The translations under genes were made by a program, and so were the position numbers. Below the pieces are notes generated by a model that saw nothing but the letters and a program-made list of their open reading frames with translations, made no database searches and was not told the origin of the DNA. Below are positions 6,944 to 14,733 of a stretch of 64,000 nucleotides of DNA, in pieces. The stretch's first letter is position 1. Each line of letters starts with the position of its first letter. The DNA is from Proteobacteria bacterium UBA6503 (GTDB lineage: Bacteria > Pseudomonadota > Alphaproteobacteria > UBA1280 > UBA6503). The DNA is taken from positions 265,743-329,742 of the forward strand of contig DJLZ01000005.1 in NCBI GenBank assembly GCA_002436405.1, written 5' to 3'.

Positions 6944-9646
6944 ATGTCTAACTGGCTTCGGGTGCCAACCTTACAAGATCCTCGTCCGTATGCTGCATCC
7001 TTGCAGCTTTCTTTCCTTGTGATTGGCATGTACCTATTAGGCTTTAACCGCACATGGGGGCAGGTGCTGTTTATTGTGGGTGCTTGTATTGTGCTCGACT
7101 TTATTCTGCACTTTGTGATTCACCGTAAGCTGCTCTTTCCGTTTAGTGCGCTGCAAACAGGTTTGTCGCTCGCTATTCTAACCAGCTTTGGTTTGGGCTT
7201 ATGGTTGGCGCTGGTGCCTGTGTTTTTATCAATCCTTTCAAAGTATGTGGTCACCTACAAAGGTCGCCATATTTTTAACCCGTCACTGTTTGGTCTTGCC
7301 GCTACCATTTACTTTATGGGCGACCTTATTGCCGTAAGCCCTGCAAAGCAGTGGGATGGCAGCGTAGGGGTGCTAGTTTATATTTTGGCGGGCGCCATTA
7401 TTTTTGTAATGCCTAAGATTAAACGTACGGCGCTTGTGTTGTCGCTATTGGGATTCTTTGGGTTGCAGGTATTGGCCCGTGCATACTGGCTTACGCCTGA
7501 AATTCCGTTAGAGACGATCTTTTACGGCTTGTTCTTCTCGCCAGCGTTTTACTTGTTTGTGTTCTTCTTTTTGACTGACCCTGCCACAACGCCGAATGAC
7601 CCTAAAAAACAAGTGGCCATGACGGCGGCCATTGTTTTGATTGATACGCTATTCCATGCGTTTCAAATTCTATCGAGTGTATTTTACGCGGGCTTTATTT
7701 ACTTTGCGCTTCGTTGGTTATGGCTTGTGGCAAACGACGCCCTGAAAGAGCCTGATCTTAAACACCGCCTTAAACGCCTTGCCTTACCAGTGGCTGGGCC
7801 TGTTGTGGCCATGGCTGTGCTTGTAGGCTTAAGCTACGGGGTGCATGAGGCTGCAAAGGCGCACCTGCCAACCGTACAGGCTAACTTTAAGCTAGAACGC
7901 ATGTATGTAGGCATTGAGGGCCGTAAGGGCGACACCCTTGATCAGATTGACCCCCGTGCAAAACACATTGCTAAATGGCTGCTGGCTGCGGGCGAGGGTG
8001 TCAATGTTGTGGATGTAAACAACGATGGCCTGCTGGATGTATTCTTGACCCAAACGCAAAAGCGTGGGGCTGACCGTGTGCAGCTTTATATTGCTAAGGC
8101 CCCATTTGTGTATGAGCAGTTTGCTTTACCTCAGTTGCAGCGCTACCGTGAAAATGAAAAACAAAACGGAGTGCCTGCCGGTGCTATGTTCTTTGATGCA
8201 GATAACGACGGCGATAAAGACCTGCTGATTCTTGCCCTTTCGGGTAAGCCAATGTTTTTGCAAAATATGCTCACTGAAACGGGTGAGCTTGGCTTTACCG
8301 AAGCACCACTACCTGGTGATGCCGCAGGCCATCAAAATGCCGTTGCCGTTACTGCGGCTGACTTTGATAACAACGGCTACCTAGATGTGGTGTGGAGTAA
8401 TTACTTCCCTAAATACCATGAGGCTTACCCTGGCGCGCAGCGCTTACTGAATATCTTTAACCTACCTGAAGCTGAATATGAGGGCGATAACCGCCCACAG
8501 CATATTTTGTACAACAGCTGGGCTAATGCCACTAACGGTGGCCTAAGCCGTTATATGGCAGGTGGTGCAGGCGGCTTTGAAGATGTGGGCGACCCTTTTA
8601 ACCGCACCACTTGGACGCTAGCACTTGGTGCAGCTGACCTTAACAACGATGGCCTGCAAGATATTTACTTTGCCAATGATAACGGCCCAGACGACATGTT
8701 TATGCAAAAAGCCAGCGGTAAGTTTATCCGCCTTATTGGCCTTAACCGTAGCGGTGTGGGTCGTGATACTTATAAAGGGATGAATGTCTCGTTTGCGGAT
8801 TTTGATAAAAACGGCATGCCCGATATTTATGTTTCAAACATGCATGAACCTACACTTGTTGAAGGCAGCATGCTGTGGCTGAATAATACAAAAGAGGGCG
8901 AGTTTAACGGCAATGCCTTTACAAACTCAGCCAGTTCAAAAGGAACTTGGAACGAAAAGCGCTTTGGTTGGGGCGCTGGCGTGGGGGATTTAAACCTAGA
9001 TGGCCAACCTGATATTGTGCAAGCGAACGGCATGATTGATACAAACTATGACTCACCACTACTGTGCACCAGCTATTGGTATGCCTCAGGCCTACTTACG
9101 GGTGCCGTATCACAAGTATTACCGTATGCCGATAAATGGCCGTCAATGGTGGATAAATGCATGTTTGCCGGTGAAAAGAACCGTGTATACCTTAACGAAG
9201 GTGGTTACTTTGCTGATGTTGCAGATGAAGTAGGTTTTGCAACGCCTAATACAGCACGTGCCATTGCCTTAGCTGACCTTGATAACGATGGCGACCTTGA
9301 CGTTATTGTAGCGCATCCAACAGCTGCCCCAAGCTTTTATAAAAACACCCGTAATGAACCCATGGGGGATTGGCTTGGCGTAAAGCTTGTGGGTAATGGC
9401 CAAACCTGTAACAGCGATGCTGTGGGTACACGTGTGCACCTAACCTATGGCGGTGCAGACCCTGTAACGCTTGAACAGCGTGTATATGCTACGCAAGGAA
9501 TGTCAGCCCAAGGCGACCAGCGCCTACTGTTTGGCCTAAATGGCTACAGCGGCATGGTGAAGCTAAAAGTTGATTGGTGCGGGCAGGGGGCTGATGTAAC
9601 AACGGCCCAAGTTGCCTCGGGCCGTTATACAACTTTAAAGCAGTAG
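6944..9646 (+). CDS. Polytopic membrane protein fused to FG-GAP/VCBS-like Ca-binding repeats and ASPIC/UnbV-like C-terminus (CRTAC1 family-like)
   Basis: 900 aa. The N-terminal roughly 300 aa carry several predicted TM helices. Repeated Dx[ND]xDGxxD motifs follow (VNNDGLLDV, DADNDGDKDL, DFDNNGYLDV, DLNNDGLQDI, DFDKNGMPDI, DLNLDGQPDI, DLDNDGDLDV). The C-terminus has the VGTRVHLTYGG ... Q tail typical of ASPIC/UnbV. Confidence 0.6.
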   Translation: MSNWLRVPTLQDPRPYAASLQLSFLVIGMYLLGFNRTWGQVLFIVGACIVLDFILHFVIHRKLLFPFSALQTGLSLAILTSFGLGLWLALVPVFLSILSKYVVTYKGRHIFNPSLFGLAATIYFMGDLIAVSPAKQWDGSVGVLVYILAGAIIFVMPKIKRTALVLSLLGFFGLQVLARAYWLTPEIPLETIFYGLFFSPAFYLFVFFFLTDPATTPNDPKKQVAMTAAIVLIDTLFHAFQILSSVFYAGFIYFALRWLWLVANDALKEPDLKHRLKRLALPVAGPVVAMAVLVGLSYGVHEAAKAHLPTVQANFKLERMYVGIEGRKGDTLDQIDPRAKHIAKWLLAAGEGVNVVDVNNDGLLDVFLTQTQKRGADRVQLYIAKAPFVYEQFALPQLQRYRENEKQNGVPAGAMFFDADNDGDKDLLILALSGKPMFLQNMLTETGELGFTEAPLPGDAAGHQNAVAVTAADFDNNGYLDVVWSNYFPKYHEAYPGAQRLLNIFNLPEAEYEGDNRPQHILYNSWANATNGGLSRYMAGGAGGFEDVGDPFNRTTWTLALGAADLNNDGLQDIYFANDNGPDDMFMQKASGKFIRLIGLNRSGVGRDTYKGMNVSFADFDKNGMPDIYVSNMHEPTLVEGSMLWLNNTKEGEFNGNAFTNSASSKGTWNEKRFGWGAGVGDLNLDGQPDIVQANGMIDTNYDSPLLCTSYWYASGLLTGAVSQVLPYADKWPSMVDKCMFAGEKNRVYLNEGGYFADVADEVGFATPNTARAIALADLDNDGDLDVIVAHPTAAPSFYKNTRNEPMGDWLGVKLVGNGQTCNSDAVGTRVHLTYGGADPVTLEQRVYATQGMSAQGDQRLLFGLNGYSGMVKLKVDWCGQGADVTTAQVASGRYTTLKQ

Positions 9647-10309
9647 TTATTTCTTCAAGAAAAAGCGTGCAAGCAGCACAAATACCATCGTAATAACCAG
9701 TACAGGAAGCATGTGGAAAATAGCCACGTGCTCTGGCGTGTCGAGGTAGCAGAAGTATGAAGTAAATACAAAAGAAAGTGCTGTTGAAGCTAAAGCCGCT
9801 GAAAGGCCAATAACGTATGGGCGCACCGGAAAACTATCATGCAGCATCACAAACATAAGGACGGTCATTGCTGAAGCGGATGCCGTGAGCACGCTAGCAC
9901 AACCAACGTGGCCTGAGTATGCCTCTTTTAGAAGGGCTTCGGCCGAAATATCGTACACTGTGTAGCCAAGTGAAATAAACCAAAACACAAGTGCGCCGTA
10001 GCACATGGCTGCCCAAATACGGTGTTTTGCTGGGCTATCAGGGATACCCAGTTTAAAGCCACTATAGGCACATACAGCAGACATAAAGAGCAATACTACT
10101 GACTTTACAAGGAACACACCTTCGTAAAGTTTATTGTCTTCAGGGCGCACCCCAAGCAGTAGGATAATAAGGCTAATCAGAATAACTGAGGCGACAAACC
10201 AAATAGCCATGTTTTTACAAGGGCGCTTGCACTTTACAGGCTTAAGGCCATCGCACATAGCTGCGATGATAGAATCAGTCTTTTGTTGCTTTGTATCGTG
10301 TTTCGTCAT
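9647..10309 (-). CDS. nrsF: DUF1109-family membrane anti-sigma factor (NrsF-like)
   Basis: 220 aa. The N-terminal TDSIIAAMCDGLKPV is followed by six hydrophobic segments. It lies immediately downstream of, and is translationally coupled to, the ECF sigma gene, with a 1-nt gap. Confidence 0.6.
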   Translation of the reverse strand: MTKHDTKQQKTDSIIAAMCDGLKPVKCKRPCKNMAIWFVASVILISLIILLLGVRPEDNKLYEGVFLVKSVVLLFMSAVCAYSGFKLGIPDSPAKHRIWAAMCYGALVFWFISLGYTVYDISAEALLKEAYSGHVGCASVLTASASAMTVLMFVMLHDSFPVRPYVIGLSAALASTALSFVFTSYFCYLDTPEHVAIFHMLPVLVITMVFVLLARFFLKK

Positions 10310-10310
10310 G

Positions 10311-10859
10311 TTATTGGCGTTCCAAAAATGTCTTCAACGTTTTATAGGCGCGGTGCGCAGCTACTTTAACTGTGGTTGGTTTCATACCCATCACTTTGCC
10401 AGCTTCGTCCGCTGTTAAACCATGTAGCTTCATCAGAATAACAGCCTGGCGAGGCTTTTCAGGAAGCTGCGCAAGAGCATTCATAAGGTCGTGCCTATCA
10501 AGCGCTTGCATTTGTTTATTCGCATCGTCTTGGAAAAAGGTTTCAATGTCTTCACCGGTTGAAAGCTCATCTTCTTTATTGCGGCCAACCTTACGGAAGG
10601 CATCAATGGTCTTATAGCGAATAATCGCATTAAACCAAGGCATGAAGGGCTTTGATGAATCATAGGTATGGCGGGCGTTGTGAATCCCGAAAAGAACTTC
10701 CTGAACGATATCTTCTACCAAAGCAGGGTCGTACACTTTGCTTCGTACAAACTTGGTAGCAACAAGGCGCATTTCGTTTAGCAGCTTATTATAAGCGGTG
10801 CTATTACCGTTTTGCGCTTTGACCATAAGGTCCTGCCATTGGTCAGTATTGGTGGCCAT
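10311..10859 (-). CDS. sigF: ECF-type RNA polymerase sigma-70 factor (SigF-like)
   Basis: 182 aa with sigma-70 region 2 (VQEVLFGIHNARHTYD) and region 4 (LTADEAGKVMGMKPTTVKVAAHRA). Confidence 0.75.
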   Translation of the reverse strand: MATNTDQWQDLMVKAQNGNSTAYNKLLNEMRLVATKFVRSKVYDPALVEDIVQEVLFGIHNARHTYDSSKPFMPWFNAIIRYKTIDAFRKVGRNKEDELSTGEDIETFFQDDANKQMQALDRHDLMNALAQLPEKPRQAVILMKLHGLTADEAGKVMGMKPTTVKVAAHRAYKTLKTFLERQ

Positions 10860-10905
10860 TGTGAGCAGCTATCATCCATAAAGTTAATAAAAAGTAACCA
10901 GTAAT

Positions 10906-10937
10906 AAAAAAGCAGCCAATTAAGGCTGCTTTTTGGA
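10906..10937 (-). terminator. Hairpin plus T-run downstream of tRNA-Asn (minus strand)
   Basis: aaaaaagcagcc-aattaa-ggctgctttttgg. Confidence 0.4.
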
Positions 10938-10940
10938 ATC

Positions 10941-11016
10941 TGGCTCCGATGGCAGGACTCGAACCTGCGACCCAATGATTAACAGTCATTTGCTCTACCA
11001 ACTGAGCTACATCGGA
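10941..11016 (-). tRNA. tRNA-Asn (anticodon GTT)
   Basis: The reverse complement reads TCCGATGTAGCTCAGTTGGTAGAGC...AATGACTGTTAATCATT...GGTTCGAGTCC...CATCGGAGCCA. The anticodon loop CTGTTAA gives GTT. Confidence 0.85.
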
Positions 11017-11118
11017 ATAACTAATAACCATTCTATGCCATTATTTAACCTGAAAGCCTAGCAAAAAATGACTCTGTGCTAAAAACTTGGGCAAAAAGTG
11101 CGTATATGGTTATTTAAG

Positions 11119-11195
11119 TGGAGGCGGAGACGGGATTCGAACCCGTGAATGACGGTTTTGCAAACCGCAGCGTTAGACCTCTTCGCCACCCCGCC
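11119..11195 (-). tRNA. tRNA-Cys (anticodon GCA)
   Basis: The reverse complement reads GGCGGGGTGGCGAAGAGGTCTAACGC-TGCGGTTTGCAAAACCGT-...GGGTTCGAATCCC...CCGCCTCCA. The anticodon loop TTGCAAA gives GCA. The exact ends are within about 1 nt. Confidence 0.8.
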
Positions 11196-11371
11196 GCCTA
11201 AAGTTCCCTAATGGGCAACAGCAACATGTTTAATAGATTGTTTAAGTTTCGTCAATGGTAAGTTTTGTAATCGTGCCTTTAAGGCGTAATTGAGTTGCAA
11301 AATAGGGCTTTTTTGCGTACAAATTAAGGACCTGCAAAACTTATAATGCAAATAATAAAAGTGTCTGATCA

Positions 11372-12037
11372 ATGCAAGCTGTAAAACTTACCTCAGAAGC
11401 CCGCCTAAATATGGTTGATAACCAACTACGTCCTAATAAAGTTGCTCGTGGCCCAGTGCTGCAACGCTTTATGGATGTCCCACGTGAACCTTTTGCTGAC
11501 GTTGGCTCGGCTGCCCAAGCTTACGTGGATAACCTTTTGCCAATGGGCCAAGGCCGCGTGATGTTTGCACCGCTAACCCTTGCACGTATGCTGCAAGAGC
11601 TTAACCTAACTGCTGAAGATAACGTGCTGATTGTTGCAGGTGGCACAGGCTACACAGCTGCGATTGCTGCACCACTTGTTAAAAAGGTAACCTTGGTAGA
11701 AGAAAACAACTACCTGCTTGATGTTGCCCGTAGCGCAACCATTGACCTTCACTTGAACAACATCGAATTTGTTAAATCAAGCCCAGAAGAGGGGCTTGCT
11801 AAAAACGCACCGTACAACGTTATTATCATCGATGCTGCTGTAGAAGAGGTGCCACAAGCCCTTATTGAACAGCTTGCCGAAAATGGCCGCATTGGTGCTG
11901 TAGTTGGTAAAGGTAAAGACCTAAAGCAAGCCACAGTTTACGTTAAAGTAGGTAAAACACTATTTGAAGAAAGCCTATTTGAGACTAAAGGCACCGTTCT
12001 AGATAACTTTAAACAAAAAGAAACCTTTGTTTTTTAG
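11372..12037 (+). CDS. Protein-L-isoaspartate O-methyltransferase-like protein (PCMT paralog, SAM-dependent MTase)
   Basis: 221 aa with a SAM-binding motif VLIVAGGTGYTAAIAAPL and overall PCMT-like layout. It is more diverged than the pcm at 29820. Confidence 0.55.
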   Translation: MQAVKLTSEARLNMVDNQLRPNKVARGPVLQRFMDVPREPFADVGSAAQAYVDNLLPMGQGRVMFAPLTLARMLQELNLTAEDNVLIVAGGTGYTAAIAAPLVKKVTLVEENNYLLDVARSATIDLHLNNIEFVKSSPEEGLAKNAPYNVIIIDAAVEEVPQALIEQLAENGRIGAVVGKGKDLKQATVYVKVGKTLFEESLFETKGTVLDNFKQKETFVF

Positions 12038-12078
12038 CCGCTTGAACGTTTAACCCAAGTCAAAAGAGAGTATGTATT

Positions 12079-12402
12079 ATGTTTAGTGAAATCACACCAT
12101 CAGACCTTAAAGAAAAGATTGCAAATAAGACTGAACTTCACCTGCTTGATGTTCGTGAAAGTGCTGAGCTTGATTTGGCTAAAATTGAAGACCACCCTTT
12201 GATTCACATCCCTCTAAACCAACTACCAGAACGCTACAAAGAACTACCTGCTGATGCTGAAATTACCATCATCTGTCGTTCAGGTGGCCGCTCAGGTCAG
12301 GCATGCCGTTACCTTGCCAGCATGGGCTACAAAGTGGTTAACTTAGAAGGGGGCATGCTTCGCTGGGCGAAGGACGTTGACCCTGAAATGGAAATTGAAT
12401 AA
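12079..12402 (+). CDS. Rhodanese-domain sulfurtransferase (single domain)
   Basis: 107 aa with the active-site loop CRSGGRSG. Confidence 0.8.
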   Translation: MFSEITPSDLKEKIANKTELHLLDVRESAELDLAKIEDHPLIHIPLNQLPERYKELPADAEITIICRSGGRSGQACRYLASMGYKVVNLEGGMLRWAKDVDPEMEIE

Positions 12403-12424
12403 ACCTACCCGGGGACATAACTGA

Positions 12425-13831
12425 ATGATTTTAAAGAAAATTGCGTTTTCTATTCCGCTAATTTTTCTGAGTCAGTCTGCGTCGGCGCTCACACTACCCG
12501 AAGCACTTGAATCTACTCTTGAAGCAAACCCAACGCTTGCTTCACAGCGCGAACTTACAAAACAATTTGAACAGCAAGAGCAAATCGACCTTGGCTACTT
12601 ATTGCCTGAGGTTTCAGCTGTCGGCTCGGTTACTGTAAAAGACGAGCGTAAATTTGGTGGCGGCACAACCGTTAATAACTCACCAAAATCGTATGGTCTT
12701 TTAGCTCGTCAGCCTTTGTTTATGGGTGGCGAATATACAAACCGTCTGGGCCGCTCAGAAAATCTTTTCGAATCTGCTGAAGCTACAATGCTGCAAACTG
12801 AGCAAGACACTTTGCTGCTGGCCGCCGAAGCCTACCTTAATGTTATGCTCAACCAACGCATTCTTGAACTTAATAACTTTCAGGTTGATGTTCTAAGTAA
12901 GCAGCTTGAAGCTGCAGATGCTCGTTTTGAACTGGGTGAGGTTACTAAAACCGATGTATCACAAGCGCAAGCCCGCCTAGCTGTAACCCGTGCAGCTGCT
13001 GTTGCTGCCCGTGGTAACCTTATTACTAGTAAAGCCGTATTCCGTGAGATTGTTGGCCTAGAAGCTGAAGACCTAAGTTGGCCTGAGGGCATCCAGTTTG
13101 ATCCGCCAGCTGACATTGAAGAGGCGCTAGACCGTGTATTGAACGAACACCCACAAGTGGTGGCCGCTCAAAAGAATGTAGATGCTGAAAAGCATGGCGT
13201 ACGCCAAGCCCGCAGCAGCTTTATGCCTGATGTAACAGCTGAAGCCCGCATTAACCGTGTAGAAGACGGTGTGTCATTCCAAGGTAATGGTTCAATTGAT
13301 GAAGTAAGCCTTGTTGTGAATGCTGAATTTCCGCTTTTCCGTGGTGGTCGTACAGTGGGTGAGGTTAAGCAAGCCCTTGCCACACGCCGTGAAGCTGAAA
13401 ACAACCTACATGCTGCTCGTCGTCTTGTGCAGCGTGAGCTTGTAGATGCTTTTAACAACTATCAAACAGTCCGTGCTGAGCTTATCTCACGTGAAGAAGC
13501 TGTGCGTGCGAACCTTGTGGCATACGATGGCGTAAGCCAAGAGTCTTTGCTAGGTGCTCGTACAACCCTTGACTTGCTAGACGCTGAGCAAGAATTGCTA
13601 CAAGCACGTGTAGACGAAGTAACCGCCCGCCATGGTAAGTTGCTGAGTACTTTCCGCTTACTTTCAGCAATGGGCCACCTGACAGGTGATCAGCTTGCGG
13701 CGATTTGGCCTCAGTTTGACTCAGGCCCAGATACGCCTGCACTTGAAGAGGTTAGCAATGATCCTCAAAACCCAGAAAATACTGAAGACCCTGAGGTTGA
13801 GGTTAAACCTACCGAAGCTACTGAAGAATAA
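12425..13831 (+). CDS. tolC: TolC-family outer membrane efflux protein
   Basis: 468 aa with a signal peptide and two TolC-type repeat halves (QARLAVTRAAAVAARGNL; LLDAEQELLQARVDE). A PCMT-like/rhodanese/TolC arrangement is recurrent in alphaproteobacteria. Confidence 0.8.
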   Translation: MILKKIAFSIPLIFLSQSASALTLPEALESTLEANPTLASQRELTKQFEQQEQIDLGYLLPEVSAVGSVTVKDERKFGGGTTVNNSPKSYGLLARQPLFMGGEYTNRLGRSENLFESAEATMLQTEQDTLLLAAEAYLNVMLNQRILELNNFQVDVLSKQLEAADARFELGEVTKTDVSQAQARLAVTRAAAVAARGNLITSKAVFREIVGLEAEDLSWPEGIQFDPPADIEEALDRVLNEHPQVVAAQKNVDAEKHGVRQARSSFMPDVTAEARINRVEDGVSFQGNGSIDEVSLVVNAEFPLFRGGRTVGEVKQALATRREAENNLHAARRLVQRELVDAFNNYQTVRAELISREEAVRANLVAYDGVSQESLLGARTTLDLLDAEQELLQARVDEVTARHGKLLSTFRLLSAMGHLTGDQLAAIWPQFDSGPDTPALEEVSNDPQNPENTEDPEVEVKPTEATEE

Positions 13832-13869
13832 AAAAAGAACCTGCCAAACGGCAGGTTCTTTTTTTTTAA
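13832..13869. terminator. Bidirectional rho-independent terminator between tolC (+) and the secreted operon (-)
   Basis: aaaaaag-aacctgcc-aaac-ggcaggtt-cttttttttt. Confidence 0.7.
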
Positions 13870-13882
13870 TAAATAGGGCAGC

Positions 13883-14290
13883 TTACTGCGAAGTTGTACC
13901 CACTGGGCAATCAGCAGCGGTACGGCTAATACCATCATCACCACGGATAACGCTAATACGGTCAACCTCGGTGCCATTGCTATAAAGCACAAGGGTTGTT
14001 GGGTTATTGGTGTTCGGCAGCCACTCGTGTGTAATACCAGCAAGGTCAACACAGTTGGTGCCGTCAAAGGTTTGGCCGTTTGCATTGCAGCTTTCTAGGC
14101 GACCTGCAAAGTTATCAAGGTCGTCAAGGCGGTCATCAATACGCACAAGCTCGTCCAGGCAGGCAGACTCTTGCGCTGCGTTTGAGCTCATACCACGGGC
14201 TGATTTGTTTTGTGCAACGGCTGTGCTTACGCTCAATGTCGCAAGTAGCAGGCCCAAGCATGTGTATTTAAAAGTGTTTTTCATCATCAT
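13883..14290 (-). CDS. Small secreted protein, MMMK-paralog 2 (unknown function)
   Basis: 135 aa with a signal peptide ending AVAQ and 4 Cys. It is paralogous to the upstream 142-aa gene. It starts ATGATGATG, preceded by GGGG. Confidence 0.5.
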   Translation of the reverse strand: MMMKNTFKYTCLGLLLATLSVSTAVAQNKSARGMSSNAAQESACLDELVRIDDRLDDLDNFAGRLESCNANGQTFDGTNCVDLAGITHEWLPNTNNPTTLVLYSNGTEVDRISVIRGDDGISRTAADCPVGTTSQ

Positions 14291-14298
14291 CCCCTAAA

Positions 14299-14727
14299 TT
14301 ATCCACCAAATGGCACAACGTTAACAGCGCCGTTTTCACCATCTAGGTTGTAGTAGCGTGCGTTTGAAGGGCCCGAGTCACCCATGTAGTTGCCGTTGGT
14401 ATCCTGAATGTACAGGCGCTTTTGCGTACCTGTATCTTCAAAGCGGATATCCACTGGCAGCAAACCGTTGGTGCAACTGCCGTCTTCTTCAGAAAGTTGG
14501 CCGGTTGCAGCACAGGCTTCAATTTGCGTAGTGATATCTGTGATGCGGGTCACCGTTAGGCCAAGGTCACGCACTTGTGGTGCCGCAACCGAAATAGCAT
14601 CGCTACCGGCGTTCACCCCGCGGCCCGATACAGTCTGAGCCATAGCAGAATTTGGAACCAGAGCAGGGGCCACGCCAACCGCTAATGCGGTGATTGTGAA
14701 AAGTGATTTATATAGTTTCATCATCAT
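14299..14727 (-). CDS. Small secreted protein, MMMK-paralog 1 (unknown function)
   Basis: 142 aa with a signal peptide ending AMAQ. It shares the C-x(3)-TGQ/NGQ ... DG-x-C core with paralog 2. It starts 6 nt after the stop of the 483-aa gene. Confidence 0.5.
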   Translation of the reverse strand: MMMKLYKSLFTITALAVGVAPALVPNSAMAQTVSGRGVNAGSDAISVAAPQVRDLGLTVTRITDITTQIEACAATGQLSEEDGSCTNGLLPVDIRFEDTGTQKRLYIQDTNGNYMGDSGPSNARYYNLDGENGAVNVVPFGG

Positions 14728-14733
14728 TACCCC

